The position numbers and the translations under genes were made by a program. This document shows positions 48,452 through 58,369 of a stretch of DNA of 64,000 nt, piece after piece. The notes under the pieces are model-generated. The model did no database searches, was not told the DNA's origin, and saw only the letters and a program-made list of their open reading frames with translations. Every line of letters begins with the position of its first letter. The stretch's first letter is position 1. Source of the DNA: Candidatus Spongiisociaceae bacterium (GTDB taxonomy: Bacteria > Actinomycetota > Acidimicrobiia > Spongiisociales > Spongiisociaceae); the NCBI GenBank assembly GCA_965219685.1, contig CBDCOH010000002.1:1120001-1184000 (forward strand), in the 5' to 3' direction.

Positions 48452-49180
48452 TCATACCCCTTTGACGTTGCTGTAGGCGAGGCCGGACAGGCCCACCTCG
48501 ATGTGGAACTCGACGAAGCGCCTGGCCAGGCCCACTGCATCCGCTGCGAGGTCGCTGTCAGGCTCCTTGAGGTCGAGGAAATCGGCATCGGACAGCCGGG
48601 CCAGGTGAAGTGTGAGTCCCTCGCGCAGTCGAAACGCACCCCCGATGTCACATGTGTTGCATACGAGTCCCCCTCCCACCAGGCTGAACCGGTCCAGCGT
48701 GTTCTTCCCGCCACAGGCGGCGCAGTGGCGCAGGGCCGGGGCCTGTCCGAGTGCATCCATCAGCTTGAGAAGGAAGGAGGCGACCAGGTCCAGTCCCCCC
48801 GATCCGTGCTCCAGCGCCTGCAATCCCCTCTGCAGGAGGAGGAAGAGCCGGTGGGAGGGCTCACCTTCCACGATCACCTTGCCGATCGCCTCCGCCATGG
48901 TCCCCGCGACCAGTACCGCGTCGAGATCGCCGCGTAGCCGCGGGAAGGGCTCTATGACGGCGACCTGTGTGATGGTGGCGAGGTTACGTCCCTGGAAGAG
49001 CACCAGATCAACATGGGTGAGGGGTTCCAGGCGACCCCCGAAGCGACTCTTCGTCCTGCGGACACCCTTGGCCACCGCCCTGACCAACCCGTGGTTGGGG
49101 CTGATCAGGAGGACGATCCGGTCGGCCTCTCCGAACGGGTAGCCGCGGAGGACGATTCCCTGGTCACGCCGGAGCGTCAT
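48452..49180 (-). CDS. recO: DNA repair protein RecO
   Basis: GIVLR..FGEADRI, AKGVRRTKSRFGGRLEP, CAACG..GG.VC..C; ATG 49180. Confidence 0.94.
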   Translation of the reverse strand: MTLRRDQGIVLRGYPFGEADRIVLLISPNHGLVRAVAKGVRRTKSRFGGRLEPLTHVDLVLFQGRNLATITQVAVIEPFPRLRGDLDAVLVAGTMAEAIGKVIVEGEPSHRLFLLLQRGLQALEHGSGGLDLVASFLLKLMDALGQAPALRHCAACGGKNTLDRFSLVGGGLVCNTCDIGGAFRLREGLTLHLARLSDADFLDLKEPDSDLAADAVGLARRFVEFHIEVGLSGLAYSNVKGV

Positions 49181-49259
49181 CGTCGGCCGGGGCGACGGAG
49201 TGCGGACATCATCCGGCAGGGTACCCGGCGATGGGCGATCCGAGGGTAGGGTGAGCCCC

Positions 49260-49547
49260 GTGGCCCTACTCGACGAATCCGCCCGCCGGGAGTTCCTGGG
49301 TTCCCACCCCGGGTGGGAACTCTCGGGCCAAACCATCACCAAGACCTACCGGTTCGCAGGCTTCGCGAGGTCGATCGGCTTCGTGGCGTCGGTCGGCGTG
49401 CTGGCGGAGAAGGCCTTTCACCATCCGGACATCGACATCCGCTACAACCGGGTGAAGATTTCGCTCACCACCCATGACCAGGGAGGCCTCACCCGAAAGG
49501 ACACGACGCTGGCCGCCCGCATCGACTTGCTAGTTGCTAGTTGCTAG
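49260..49547 (+). CDS. phhB: Pterin-4-alpha-carbinolamine dehydratase
   Basis: AE..FHHPDIDIRYN.V..L.THD.GGLT.KD; TAGGGT seven nt before GTG 49260. Confidence 0.92.
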   Translation: MALLDESARREFLGSHPGWELSGQTITKTYRFAGFARSIGFVASVGVLAEKAFHHPDIDIRYNRVKISLTTHDQGGLTRKDTTLAARIDLLVASC

Positions 49548-49613
49548 TTGCTAGGTATATTACTTAGCACTTCCGAACGATATGTAGAACCCATTCACCA
49601 CTCACCACCCCTA
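49527..49613. repeat. Inward-facing heptamer arrays between convergent phhB and era
   Basis: (TTGCTAG)x4 at 49527-49554; AT-rich 36-nt spacer; CCATTCA/CCACTCA/CCACCCC at 49591-49611. Confidence 0.8.
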
Positions 49614-50501
49614 GAGTCCCAGCCGTCTGATCCGGTCGGGGTAACGCTGCCAGTCCTTCTCGACCTTCACTCGAAGGTCCAGGTACACCGGGCTGGCGAG
49701 GGTCTCCTCGAGCTCCAGGCGGGCTTCCATTCCCACCTGGCGGATCATCGATCCGCCCGCGCCGATGACGATTCCCTTCTGGGACAGACGCTCCACGTAG
49801 ATGGAGGCCTCGATCCTGATCGAGCCGCCTTTCCGTCGCTCGATGGTATCGGTCTTGACCGCCACCGAGTGGGGAAGCTCTTCACGCATCACGGCCAGCA
49901 ACTTCTCGCGCACCGTCTCGGCTACCAGCACCTCCTCCGGCTGGTCCGTGCTCGTGCCCGCCGGATAGTGGGCAGGCCCTTCGGGTAGCCGGGGCACCAG
50001 TTCGCCGACCACACGGTCGAGGCCGTCGCCCGTCAATGCCGAGATCGGCACGTAGGCTCCGAAGTCCCACGGAGCGGCTTCGCTCAGGCGCTCTGCGACC
50101 CGGCCCTTTCGTACCAGGTCGATCTTGTTCACGATCACTATCACCTTGTCGGCCGGACCGATCCTGATCAGGCGTTCTGCGATCCGGCGGTCACCGGGAC
50201 CGACCTTGCCGGTAGCTTCTATGACGAAGAGGAAGCAATCGGCCTCGGCCAGGCTCCGGTACGCAATCGAGTTGAGGCGCTCTCCCAGCGCAGTGCGCGG
50301 GCGGTGCAGCCCGGGCGTGTCGACCAGGACTATCTGGGCTCCCCCATCCGGACCTTCGATGGTCAGTATCCCGCGTGCCACCAGGCGGGTGGTCTGCGGG
50401 CGCTTGGAGGTGATCGATACCTTGCTACCCACCAAGCCGTTGATGAGAGTCGACTTGCCGACGTTGGGGCGGCCGACCACGGCCGCGAAGCCCGTCTTCA
50501 T
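49611..50501 (-). CDS. era: GTPase Era
   Basis: GRPNVGKSTL, PQTTR, DTPG, NKID, ISA, KH motif SQKGIVIG. Confidence 0.97.
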   Translation of the reverse strand: MKTGFAAVVGRPNVGKSTLINGLVGSKVSITSKRPQTTRLVARGILTIEGPDGGAQIVLVDTPGLHRPRTALGERLNSIAYRSLAEADCFLFVIEATGKVGPGDRRIAERLIRIGPADKVIVIVNKIDLVRKGRVAERLSEAAPWDFGAYVPISALTGDGLDRVVGELVPRLPEGPAHYPAGTSTDQPEEVLVAETVREKLLAVMREELPHSVAVKTDTIERRKGGSIRIEASIYVERLSQKGIVIGAGGSMIRQVGMEARLELEETLASPVYLDLRVKVEKDWQRYPDRIRRLGL

Positions 50502-50518
50502 CCATCAACCGGAGCGGA

Positions 50519-51715
50519 TCATCGCTGGGTGCCCACCAGGTGACTTACGCGGACCCTCTCCACCCGCCGACCCTGCACGCGTTCGGGGATCAGAACGGCG
50601 CCGTCGAACTCGAATCGCTCACCCACGATCGGAACCCTCCCGGCCATACCGAGCACCAGTCCGCCTACCGTATCCCATTCGCCGTCCGGTAGCTGGGTGT
50701 CGAGCAGGCCGGCCAGGTCGTCCACCGGGAGACGAGCATCCACCAGGAAGACGCCCGCCTCGAGGGGTTCCACCATGGGCGGTTCGGTGTCGTACTCATC
50801 CACGATCTCTCCTACGAGCTCCTCGATGAGATCCTCGATCGTCACGAGGCCGGCGGTACCGCCGAACTCGTCCACGGCGACCGCCATGTGGAACTGCGAC
50901 GACTGCATCTCTCTGAGCAGATCTCGGACCGGTTTCGTCTCGGGAACGAAGTAGGCCTGCCTTATGATCTCGGCGAGGGGTGTGGCCTCGGGGGGCTCTC
51001 CCACCAGGTGGAGCAGGTCTTTGGCATACACCAGACCTACGATGTCGTCCGCTCCCCGCCCCGTAACCGGCACCCTTGAGAATCCGTACTCGAGGATCAG
51101 GTCAAGGGCTTCGGTCGTGGTGAGGTCGGCGCCGATGGTCACCATGTCGGTGCGTGGGGTCATGACCTCCCTCACGATGGCATCGGAGAACTCCAGTACG
51201 GACGAGATCATCCTTATCTCCTCGCGATCGGAGGCGTCGTGGTCTCCGTTCGCATCGACGCGCGAGTTGGCGTCGTCCTCTTCGTCGTTTATGAGGTCCA
51301 CCGCGCGCTCGCCCGCCCTGACGGCCACCCGGAGTAGGCGAGCCAACCGGTAGGCGATGACCCTCGGGCGTTCACGCCCGAGGGATCGCGGTAGCCACTC
51401 CCCGAATACGACGAGCGCCACTCCGGTGAGGATCAGAGCCGTGACGAGTATCCAGCCGCTTGAGAGGGTGGCGATGGCCCATGCGGCGCTCAGCGCGGAA
51501 GCCACCAGCAGCGCGGAGTGGATCAGCGAGATCGACGGCTGGATGCTGGCACGGTCCTCGAGCAACTCGGCCACGCTGACCGCGCCCGGTACGCCGTCGG
51601 CGGCGTCGTGTAAAGCGTCGGCTCGCGGCGTCCGGACGAGCGAGGCGCCCGCAACCCGGAGGGCGGCCGCCAGGATCAGCACTCCGCACGAGATGCCCCA
51701 TGCCAGTTCGATCAT
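50519..51715 (-). CDS. Hemolysin/CNNM-family protein (DUF21-CBS-CorC)
   Basis: FGEWLPRSLG, VREVMTPRTDM, FSRVPV, VDEFGGTAGLVTIEDLIEELVGEI.DEYD. Confidence 0.92.
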   Translation of the reverse strand: MIELAWGISCGVLILAAALRVAGASLVRTPRADALHDAADGVPGAVSVAELLEDRASIQPSISLIHSALLVASALSAAWAIATLSSGWILVTALILTGVALVVFGEWLPRSLGRERPRVIAYRLARLLRVAVRAGERAVDLINDEEDDANSRVDANGDHDASDREEIRMISSVLEFSDAIVREVMTPRTDMVTIGADLTTTEALDLILEYGFSRVPVTGRGADDIVGLVYAKDLLHLVGEPPEATPLAEIIRQAYFVPETKPVRDLLREMQSSQFHMAVAVDEFGGTAGLVTIEDLIEELVGEIVDEYDTEPPMVEPLEAGVFLVDARLPVDDLAGLLDTQLPDGEWDTVGGLVLGMAGRVPIVGERFEFDGAVLIPERVQGRRVERVRVSHLVGTQR

Positions 51716-52182
51716 CGTCGGTCGACTCCCACCAATGCCAGCAAGGAACGCTCCCTCTCCTCCATCACCTCCGCCTCGGGCTCAGACTCGTGGTCGTAAC
51801 CGACCAGGTGGAGCAACCCGTGCGTGATCATCAGGGAGATCTCGTCGTCGGGATCCGATCCGAGGTCACGGGCTTGCCGATGCACGAACCGGGGCGCCAC
51901 GAATACGTCGCCGAGGCCGAAAGGAACCCCGTCGGCGGTGTCGCTCCCCGCCTTCGAAGGTTCGTATCCTTCAGGCGAGATGGGCAGGGCCAGCACGTCG
52001 GTCGGTCCCTCCTTTCCGAGGAACCGCCGGTTGTACCGCGCCATGGTCTCGTCGGTCACGAACATGATGCCGACCTCGGTCCTGTGTGGAAGCCGTTCCT
52101 CTTCCAGCACGATGCGGGCCAGCCGCCGGAGCGGCTCGATCGATAAGGGAACGTCCTGTTCGTCTTCCATGTAGATGTCCAC
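51712..52182 (-). CDS. ybeY: rRNA maturation RNase YbeY
   Basis: PTDVLA.P, LGDV, HGLLHLVGYDH. Confidence 0.95.
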   Translation of the reverse strand: MDIYMEDEQDVPLSIEPLRRLARIVLEEERLPHRTEVGIMFVTDETMARYNRRFLGKEGPTDVLALPISPEGYEPSKAGSDTADGVPFGLGDVFVAPRFVHRQARDLGSDPDDEISLMITHGLLHLVGYDHESEPEAEVMEERERSLLALVGVDRR

Positions 52183-52228
52183 GGGCTGTCCTCACCCTAC
52201 CCGAGTAGACGGGGGTATCGGGCGACAA

Positions 52229-54844
52229 TCACTCGGCGTCGGGAAAATTGGGATAGGGAATACGCTGGTGGTAGTGACCCACCAGGGCATCCACCATGGC
52301 GGCCTTGGCGCTGGTCAGGTCTCCCAGCGTGAGATGGGACTCCGACAGCTGCCCGTCGCTCACCTTCTCGCTCACCACCCGTTCCACCAGTTGTTCGATC
52401 CGTTCCGGCGAGGGCTCCTCGTTCTGGAACACTGCACGGCATGCGCCCTCGACCGAGTCGGCCATCATGACGATGGCCATCTCCTTGCGGACCGGTTTAC
52501 GACCCGCGTGACGGTAGTCCTCCATGTCCACGACGTCGGGTCCGTAGCGTTCCTTTGCCCGGTTGTAGAAGAAGTGCATGATTCCGTCGCCGTGGTGAGT
52601 GATGACCGACTCCGCAACCTCACCGGGGATGCGGAACTTCCGGGCCAGGGTGATCCCATCCAGCACATGACGGCGGATCACGTCGGCAGAGCGTTCCGGT
52701 GCCAACTGGTCGTGGGGATTCTGGATACCGAACTGGTTCTCGATGAAGAACTGCGGGTTCTCGGTCTTCCCCAGGTCGTGGTAGTAGGCGGCGGCCCGGG
52801 CCAGCAGCGGATTGGCGTCCACCGCCCGCGCGGCCCGGTCGGCGAGGGTTCCCACCATCAGGGAATGGTTGAACGAACCGATCGCCTTCTGCTCCAGTAA
52901 CCGGAGAGCGGGATGGTTGCGGTCGGTCAGGTCGAGCAGTCGCAGGGAGGTGGTGATGTCGAACATGATCTCGAGTACCGACAGCAGCGAGCTCCCTACC
53001 AGCCACGAGATGGCGCCGTTCCCCAGCGCGAACGCCGCCGCCTCGTAGACGGGTAGGTTCTCGTGGAAGAACCAAGCAATCACCGAGGCAAGAGCAGCGG
53101 AGATGATCATGATGTACAGGGCCGCCCGGCGCAGGTCGCGACGCGCCGAGATGGATGAAACGAACGGCACCGGGGCCAGGGTGGACAGGAGCGCGAAGAG
53201 GGTGTAGCCGGGATCGGTTGTGGCAACGGCCGTCATTGAACCGACCGCCACCGCCATCAGCACCGCAGTGCGGGCGTCGAACAGTATCGCCGTCATCAGG
53301 CCGAACGCCGCAGCAGGAACCAGGTATCCGATCGCCGGGTTGGTGTCCACGAAGACCGCCACTCCCCGGGCGGCCAACGCGGAGAGCATGATCAGGAGGC
53401 CCAGCAGGGCGATCCGGCGCATCGAGGCCCACACCGGAGCCTGGAAGCGGTACACGTACAGCATGATCAGGCCGACTATGAACAGGGCGGCGAGAGCGAG
53501 GGCCACACGATGCGGAGTCTTGAGACCGAGCAGTCCTCCGGCCACCAGGGCCCGTTCTATCTGTTCGGTGATCTCCTCGCCCTGCTCGACGATTATGGTG
53601 CCTGCCGGGTACTCGATCTGCTCCGCTTCCACCTGCTCGGCCGCCTCGGCTCTGCTGCCGGCCATCGCTACGTCGTCGAGGGATTTGTTGGCAGCCAGGA
53701 ACTCTGCGGCGACTTCGTAGACCACCGGCGCCACGGCCTCCCATGCGGCCGAGTCGACATCGGGGATTGGAATCAGGATCGTCCGGGATCGGATGCCTCT
53801 CTTAACCTCGAGAAGGTCCTCGCTGAGAATGCCTGCGTCGAGTGTCTCGGTAGCCAGGCGGACGACATCCTGCTCGATCGACGGAAGCCAGGCCGCCTGT
53901 CCGAGTATCTCCCGCACCACGTCGCCGGTGGCGATCCTGACCAGCAACTGGATAGTGGTGTCCGAGAGCGAGTACCCGGCTCCGCGCAGGTTGGCGACCT
54001 GGATGTCCTGCGAGACGACCACCGGCTCCATCCGGAGCGCCTCGAGTTCCAGTTCTCGCTCGCCGACCAGGACGACCTCTCGCAGGAGGAGGTCCTCGTG
54101 AGCGGTGAGTCGCTGGGGTACCGACTCGGTATCCACGAGGATCGTGGCCGGTCCCGCAGCCATGCCGGTGAACGAGAAACGGCCGCTGTCCAGCGTCCGG
54201 TCCACGAACTGCATACCCGTCGAGTCGTAAGCCACCAATCGGATGTCACCGAGCCCCTGATCCCTTGGAACGAGAACACCGTCTCCGCCGGTTCTGATCA
54301 GCACCTGGCCGGTTACACCCGAGGTTCGCGGGACCTCGGGGACGGTCGTAGGCGGTACCGTGGTCGGCGGCGTGGTGGTCGTCGCGGCGGGCTCCTGGCT
54401 CTCCACGAATCCGGGCACCGTGGTCGTGAGTTCTGCAGGTATCGAGGTTGTGGTGGTCGGAGGGGTCGTGGCGGTGGATGTACTCGTGGTGGAAGGCGGG
54501 ATCGTGCTGCTGGTGGTGACGACCGGGAGTGGCACGGCTCGCTGGTCGACGGTGGCGGTCCTCACGGACGCGAAGAACCCGAGGATGTTCTCCACCACCA
54601 GCGCGTCGATCGCGTCGTCGGTCTTGTACTCGGAAGCTACCGCCGCCATCGCCTCCTGACGTTTCTGTTCGGTCGCCTCGGCATCCTCGACGCGGAATGG
54701 GGTCTCGGCGATGAACGTCTCGGGGGAAGGCTCGCCGACAGTCACGTCCACCGATTGCTGCAAGATCAGGAGGGCAGCCCAAGAGAGGGCGACCGTGGCC
54801 AGGAGGATCACTCCCCTGATCAAGATCCGGACTTTGGGGCTCAT
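52229..54844 (-). CDS. 7TM-HD family phosphohydrolase (PgpH-like)
   Basis: Large extracellular domain, TM bundle, HSLMV, AYYHDLGK, FIENQ, HV.DG, HHG, MMADSVE, RIPYP. Confidence 0.9.
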   Translation of the reverse strand: MSPKVRILIRGVILLATVALSWAALLILQQSVDVTVGEPSPETFIAETPFRVEDAEATEQKRQEAMAAVASEYKTDDAIDALVVENILGFFASVRTATVDQRAVPLPVVTTSSTIPPSTTSTSTATTPPTTTTSIPAELTTTVPGFVESQEPAATTTTPPTTVPPTTVPEVPRTSGVTGQVLIRTGGDGVLVPRDQGLGDIRLVAYDSTGMQFVDRTLDSGRFSFTGMAAGPATILVDTESVPQRLTAHEDLLLREVVLVGERELELEALRMEPVVVSQDIQVANLRGAGYSLSDTTIQLLVRIATGDVVREILGQAAWLPSIEQDVVRLATETLDAGILSEDLLEVKRGIRSRTILIPIPDVDSAAWEAVAPVVYEVAAEFLAANKSLDDVAMAGSRAEAAEQVEAEQIEYPAGTIIVEQGEEITEQIERALVAGGLLGLKTPHRVALALAALFIVGLIMLYVYRFQAPVWASMRRIALLGLLIMLSALAARGVAVFVDTNPAIGYLVPAAAFGLMTAILFDARTAVLMAVAVGSMTAVATTDPGYTLFALLSTLAPVPFVSSISARRDLRRAALYIMIISAALASVIAWFFHENLPVYEAAAFALGNGAISWLVGSSLLSVLEIMFDITTSLRLLDLTDRNHPALRLLEQKAIGSFNHSLMVGTLADRAARAVDANPLLARAAAYYHDLGKTENPQFFIENQFGIQNPHDQLAPERSADVIRRHVLDGITLARKFRIPGEVAESVITHHGDGIMHFFYNRAKERYGPDVVDMEDYRHAGRKPVRKEMAIVMMADSVEGACRAVFQNEEPSPERIEQLVERVVSEKVSDGQLSESHLTLGDLTSAKAAMVDALVGHYHQRIPYPNFPDAE

Positions 54845-55818
54845 CGCCTCTCCCGCGCCGCCCCGGCTGCTTCGTAGGCCTGGACTATGGCGGCGACTAT
54901 TCGATGACGGATCACGTCGGCGGCCGTCAGGTGGACGACCGCCACGTCTCGAACGTTACGAAGTATGGACTCCGCGTGCCTCAGGCCGGAGTGGCGCTCC
55001 CTCGGCAGGTCCACCTGGGTGACGTCGCCGGTGATGATCATCTTCGAGTTGAACCCGAGCCTGGTCAGGAACATCTTCATCTGTGCACGCGAGGTGTTCT
55101 GGGCCTCGTCAAGCACCACGACCGCGTCGTTTAGCGTCCGTCCCCGCATGTAGGCGAGGGGTGCTATCTCGATGGCTCCCTTCTCACTGTAGGCCGCTAC
55201 GTCGTCGGATCCCAGCATCTCGTAGAGAGCGTCGTAGAGAGGGCGCAGATACGGGTTGAACTTGGCTTCGAGGTCGCCCGGGAGGAATCCGAGCCGTTCG
55301 CCGGCCTCCACGGCCGGCCTCGTGAGGACGATCCTCCTCACCTTGCCCGTGGTGAGAGCCTCCACCGCTGCTGCCATGGCCAGGTAGGTCTTCCCGGTAC
55401 CGGCCGGACCGATGCCGAACACCAGGGTGTGATCGCGGATGGCTTCGACGTAGCGGAGTTGGCCGACAGTCTTCGGGCGGATGACCTTGCCACGCCCGAC
55501 CTGGATCGCCGTCCCCAGAACCCCGCTCGGTGAGGGAACCGATGCGTTGACCATCTCGATCACCCGGTCCACAGCCTGCGGTTCGAGACTGACTCCTTGC
55601 TGGATCAGCATCAGCAGCTCTTCGACCGCCTTGTAGGCGTTGGCGGCAGACCGCTCCTCGCCACCGAAAGTGATCTCGTCGCCGCGCGCCACGATGACAG
55701 CCTCCGGGTAGGCGGACTCCACCTTCCTCAAGTGACGGTCACGTTCCCCGAGCAGGTCGAGCATCAGTCCGGTACCGGGAACGTGCAGGAGGAGACGCGA
55801 GGCGACGGGACCCATCAT
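54841..55818 (-). CDS. phoH: PhoH-family ATPase
   Basis: GIGPAGTGKTYLA, LTRPAVEAGERLGFLPG, YMRGRTL, DEAQN, GDVTQVDLP. Confidence 0.94.
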   Translation of the reverse strand: MMGPVASRLLLHVPGTGLMLDLLGERDRHLRKVESAYPEAVIVARGDEITFGGEERSAANAYKAVEELLMLIQQGVSLEPQAVDRVIEMVNASVPSPSGVLGTAIQVGRGKVIRPKTVGQLRYVEAIRDHTLVFGIGPAGTGKTYLAMAAAVEALTTGKVRRIVLTRPAVEAGERLGFLPGDLEAKFNPYLRPLYDALYEMLGSDDVAAYSEKGAIEIAPLAYMRGRTLNDAVVVLDEAQNTSRAQMKMFLTRLGFNSKMIITGDVTQVDLPRERHSGLRHAESILRNVRDVAVVHLTAADVIRHRIVAAIVQAYEAAGAARERR

Positions 55819-56014
55819 TGACCCATGATGGACGTGCAGAGCCTCGAGTCGATCGCGGTTGGCGAGACGGTCAACGGTGATCCCTGGACCCCGGGCGAGC
55901 GCCGCCACCGGACCCGTGTGGCCGAAAGCACGCCAAAAACGATTAGGGCCGGCATGATCGCCTCCCCGCCGGCCGTCGATCGGGCGACCGCTCCAGGGTG
56001 TTCGCCCACCCGTT

Positions 56015-57088
56015 TCATAGTACGTTCTCACCTCGAGCTTCCGCGTACCGGCGTAGGATCTTCCGCTCCGCCCGGCTCAGTCTGGTCGGTACTTCGATCC
56101 CGACCATGACGAGCAGATCGCCGCGGCCCCGCCGCCTGAGGCGTCCGCTCCCCCTGTTCCTCACTCTGATCACCTGCCCGTGCTGGGTACCCGCGGGGAC
56201 CTTCACGCGCTCGGAGCCGCCCTCCAACAGCGGTACGTCAGCCGCCGTTCCCAGGGCGGCCGCCGCGATACCGAGCGGCAGTTCGTACATCAGGTCGTCA
56301 CCGTGCCGGGTGAAGGTCGGGTGTGGTTGCACAGCGAGTTCGATGTACAGGTCCCCGGACGGGCTCCCCCGCCTACCGGCTTCACCGTCGCCGATCTTCC
56401 GGAGGCGGCTGTCGCCGGTGACCCCAGCCGGAATCTCGACGGTGACCGTTTTCTCACCTTCGGTGACGCCTTCCCCCCGGCAGTCGCCACACGGGTCGGC
56501 AATGACCGATCCGGCGCCGCGGCAGGCGCTGCATGTGGTCACGGTCATCAGGGATCCGAACGCGCTCCTCCGGGCCATCCTGACCTGGCCTGTCCCTGCG
56601 CAGATATTGCAGACACGGGTTCCCGAGCCCGACCGCGCGCCCGAGCCGGAGCATGTCTCGCATGCGACCGCCGCCCGGAATCTCACCGTTCTTTCCGCTC
56701 CGAACACCGCTTCCTTCAGATCGACGGAGAGCTGTACCCGGATGTCGTGACCGCGTCCGTTAGCCGGATCCCTCGCGCCTCCGCCGAACATTCCGGCGCC
56801 GAACAGGCCGCTGTCTCCGAACACCGAGCTGAGTAGGTCATCGAACGACCCGGCGCCATGGAACAACCCGCTCAGGTCGAGGTCATCGCCGCGATCGTAA
56901 CGGGCGCGCTTCTCCGGGTCCGAGAGCACCTCGTACGCCTCTGCGACCTGGCGGAACCGCGCCTCCGCACCAGGGTCATCGGGATTGGCGTCGGGATGCG
57001 TGGCGCGTGCCAGGCGCCGGAACGCCCTCTTTATCTCTCCGGGCGTAGCCTCCCTGTCGACCCCTAGGACTTCGTAATGGTCTGCCAC
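56015..57088 (-). CDS. dnaJ: Chaperone DnaJ
   Basis: HPD J-domain, G/F region, four CxxCxGxG repeats. Confidence 0.96.
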   Translation of the reverse strand: MADHYEVLGVDREATPGEIKRAFRRLARATHPDANPDDPGAEARFRQVAEAYEVLSDPEKRARYDRGDDLDLSGLFHGAGSFDDLLSSVFGDSGLFGAGMFGGGARDPANGRGHDIRVQLSVDLKEAVFGAERTVRFRAAVACETCSGSGARSGSGTRVCNICAGTGQVRMARRSAFGSLMTVTTCSACRGAGSVIADPCGDCRGEGVTEGEKTVTVEIPAGVTGDSRLRKIGDGEAGRRGSPSGDLYIELAVQPHPTFTRHGDDLMYELPLGIAAAALGTAADVPLLEGGSERVKVPAGTQHGQVIRVRNRGSGRLRRRGRGDLLVMVGIEVPTRLSRAERKILRRYAEARGENVL

Positions 57089-57188
57089 GGTCAGGCGACG
57101 CCGCGCATTCCCGCCCGGCCGCTTCTCCGGACGTGATCCCTTGCCTTGTCAGCAAGGTTACGGATGGGTCGGCGAGGCAGGGAGGTGA

Positions 57189-58202
57189 TCACGCCTCGGT
57201 GCTCCCGAGGCTCTCCCCCAAGCCTCCGCTGATCTCCTCCACGACTGAGATCGTCCGTCCGTAGTCCATCCTCATCGGGCCCAGAACGCCGATCCGGCCC
57301 TGCGGCGCACCCTGGTCGCCACCGTAGCTACTCGAGACCAGCGAGATGTCGGTAGTCGAGTCGATCCCCAGTTCTCGTCCGATGCGCACCTCGGTACCCT
57401 CCGGAAGGTGCGCCATCACCTCGAACAGAGCGGCCTCGCGTTCGAGTACCTCGAGAACGCCGCGTACCTTCGAGATCTCCCCCCACGCATCGGTCAGGTA
57501 GCTGGCAGGTCCGACATACAGTTCACGATCGGTCGAACCCGCCCTACCGATAGCCTCGGTGGCCTTCCAGATGATCGCCTCCGCGCCGCTACCGATCTCA
57601 CCGGCTGTAACCTGGTCCCGACCGAGCCCTCGGGGCATGCTCTGGCCGATGTGGTGGCGCCGTAGGAAGAGTTCGGCATCCTCGACCTCCGCCGGGCCGA
57701 CGGGGTTGGGGAAGTCGAGCAGGGACTTCGAGACCCTTCCACCCTGGGTTACAACCACCATGACCACTGCGTCCGCCCTAATCTGGACCAGGTGGATGGC
57801 GCGGACGGTCTCCTGCGAGAGGCCGGGACCGGTGACCACGGAGGGGTAGTGGGTGATCTCGCTGAGGAGTGAAGAAGTCGCCTTGAGCAGCCGGCCCAAC
57901 TCGTTGTGGACCGATGCGAAGAACTCGGACACGCGGGCCGAGGCGTTGGGGAACCGGCTCGGCCGGATCAACTGGTCGACGTAGTACCGGTAGGCGTGTG
58001 CGGTCGGAATCCGGCCGGCGGACGTGTGCGGTTGCACGGCATAACCTTCAGCTTCGAGGATGGCAAGCTCGTTTCGCACGGTTGCGGCCGACACCCCGAG
58101 GTGACCATATTGAAGGATGGCGCGAGAACTTACCGGTTCACCGGTCCGCACGTGTTCCTCGACCAAGATTCGGAGGATCCTGGATTTTCGATCGTCCAGC
58201 AC
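57189..58202 (-). CDS. hrcA: Heat-inducible transcription repressor HrcA
   Basis: VSAATVRNEL..LE..GY..QPHTSAGRIPT, GVLGPMRMDY; TATGAT six nt before GTG 58202. Confidence 0.94.
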   Translation of the reverse strand: MLDDRKSRILRILVEEHVRTGEPVSSRAILQYGHLGVSAATVRNELAILEAEGYAVQPHTSAGRIPTAHAYRYYVDQLIRPSRFPNASARVSEFFASVHNELGRLLKATSSLLSEITHYPSVVTGPGLSQETVRAIHLVQIRADAVVMVVVTQGGRVSKSLLDFPNPVGPAEVEDAELFLRRHHIGQSMPRGLGRDQVTAGEIGSGAEAIIWKATEAIGRAGSTDRELYVGPASYLTDAWGEISKVRGVLEVLEREAALFEVMAHLPEGTEVRIGRELGIDSTTDISLVSSSYGGDQGAPQGRIGVLGPMRMDYGRTISVVEEISGGLGESLGSTEA

Positions 58203-58369
58203 GGGGCCATCATATATGGATGGGGAGCGTTGACGCCCGTCGGTTGCCGATCGAGGCCTGCGTTGGAGTCGCCTCTCCGGCCTGTTAGCCTTGAGCGGCT
58301 CCCGGACGGGTTTTCGGGGGTTTTCGTAGCCGGCGCCAGTTCGGGTCGGCCTTATCCCGGGTTCACAGG

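Noticed and set aside
58203-58369. Expected CIRCE upstream of hrcA
   Set aside because: None found on either strand, so not annotated.
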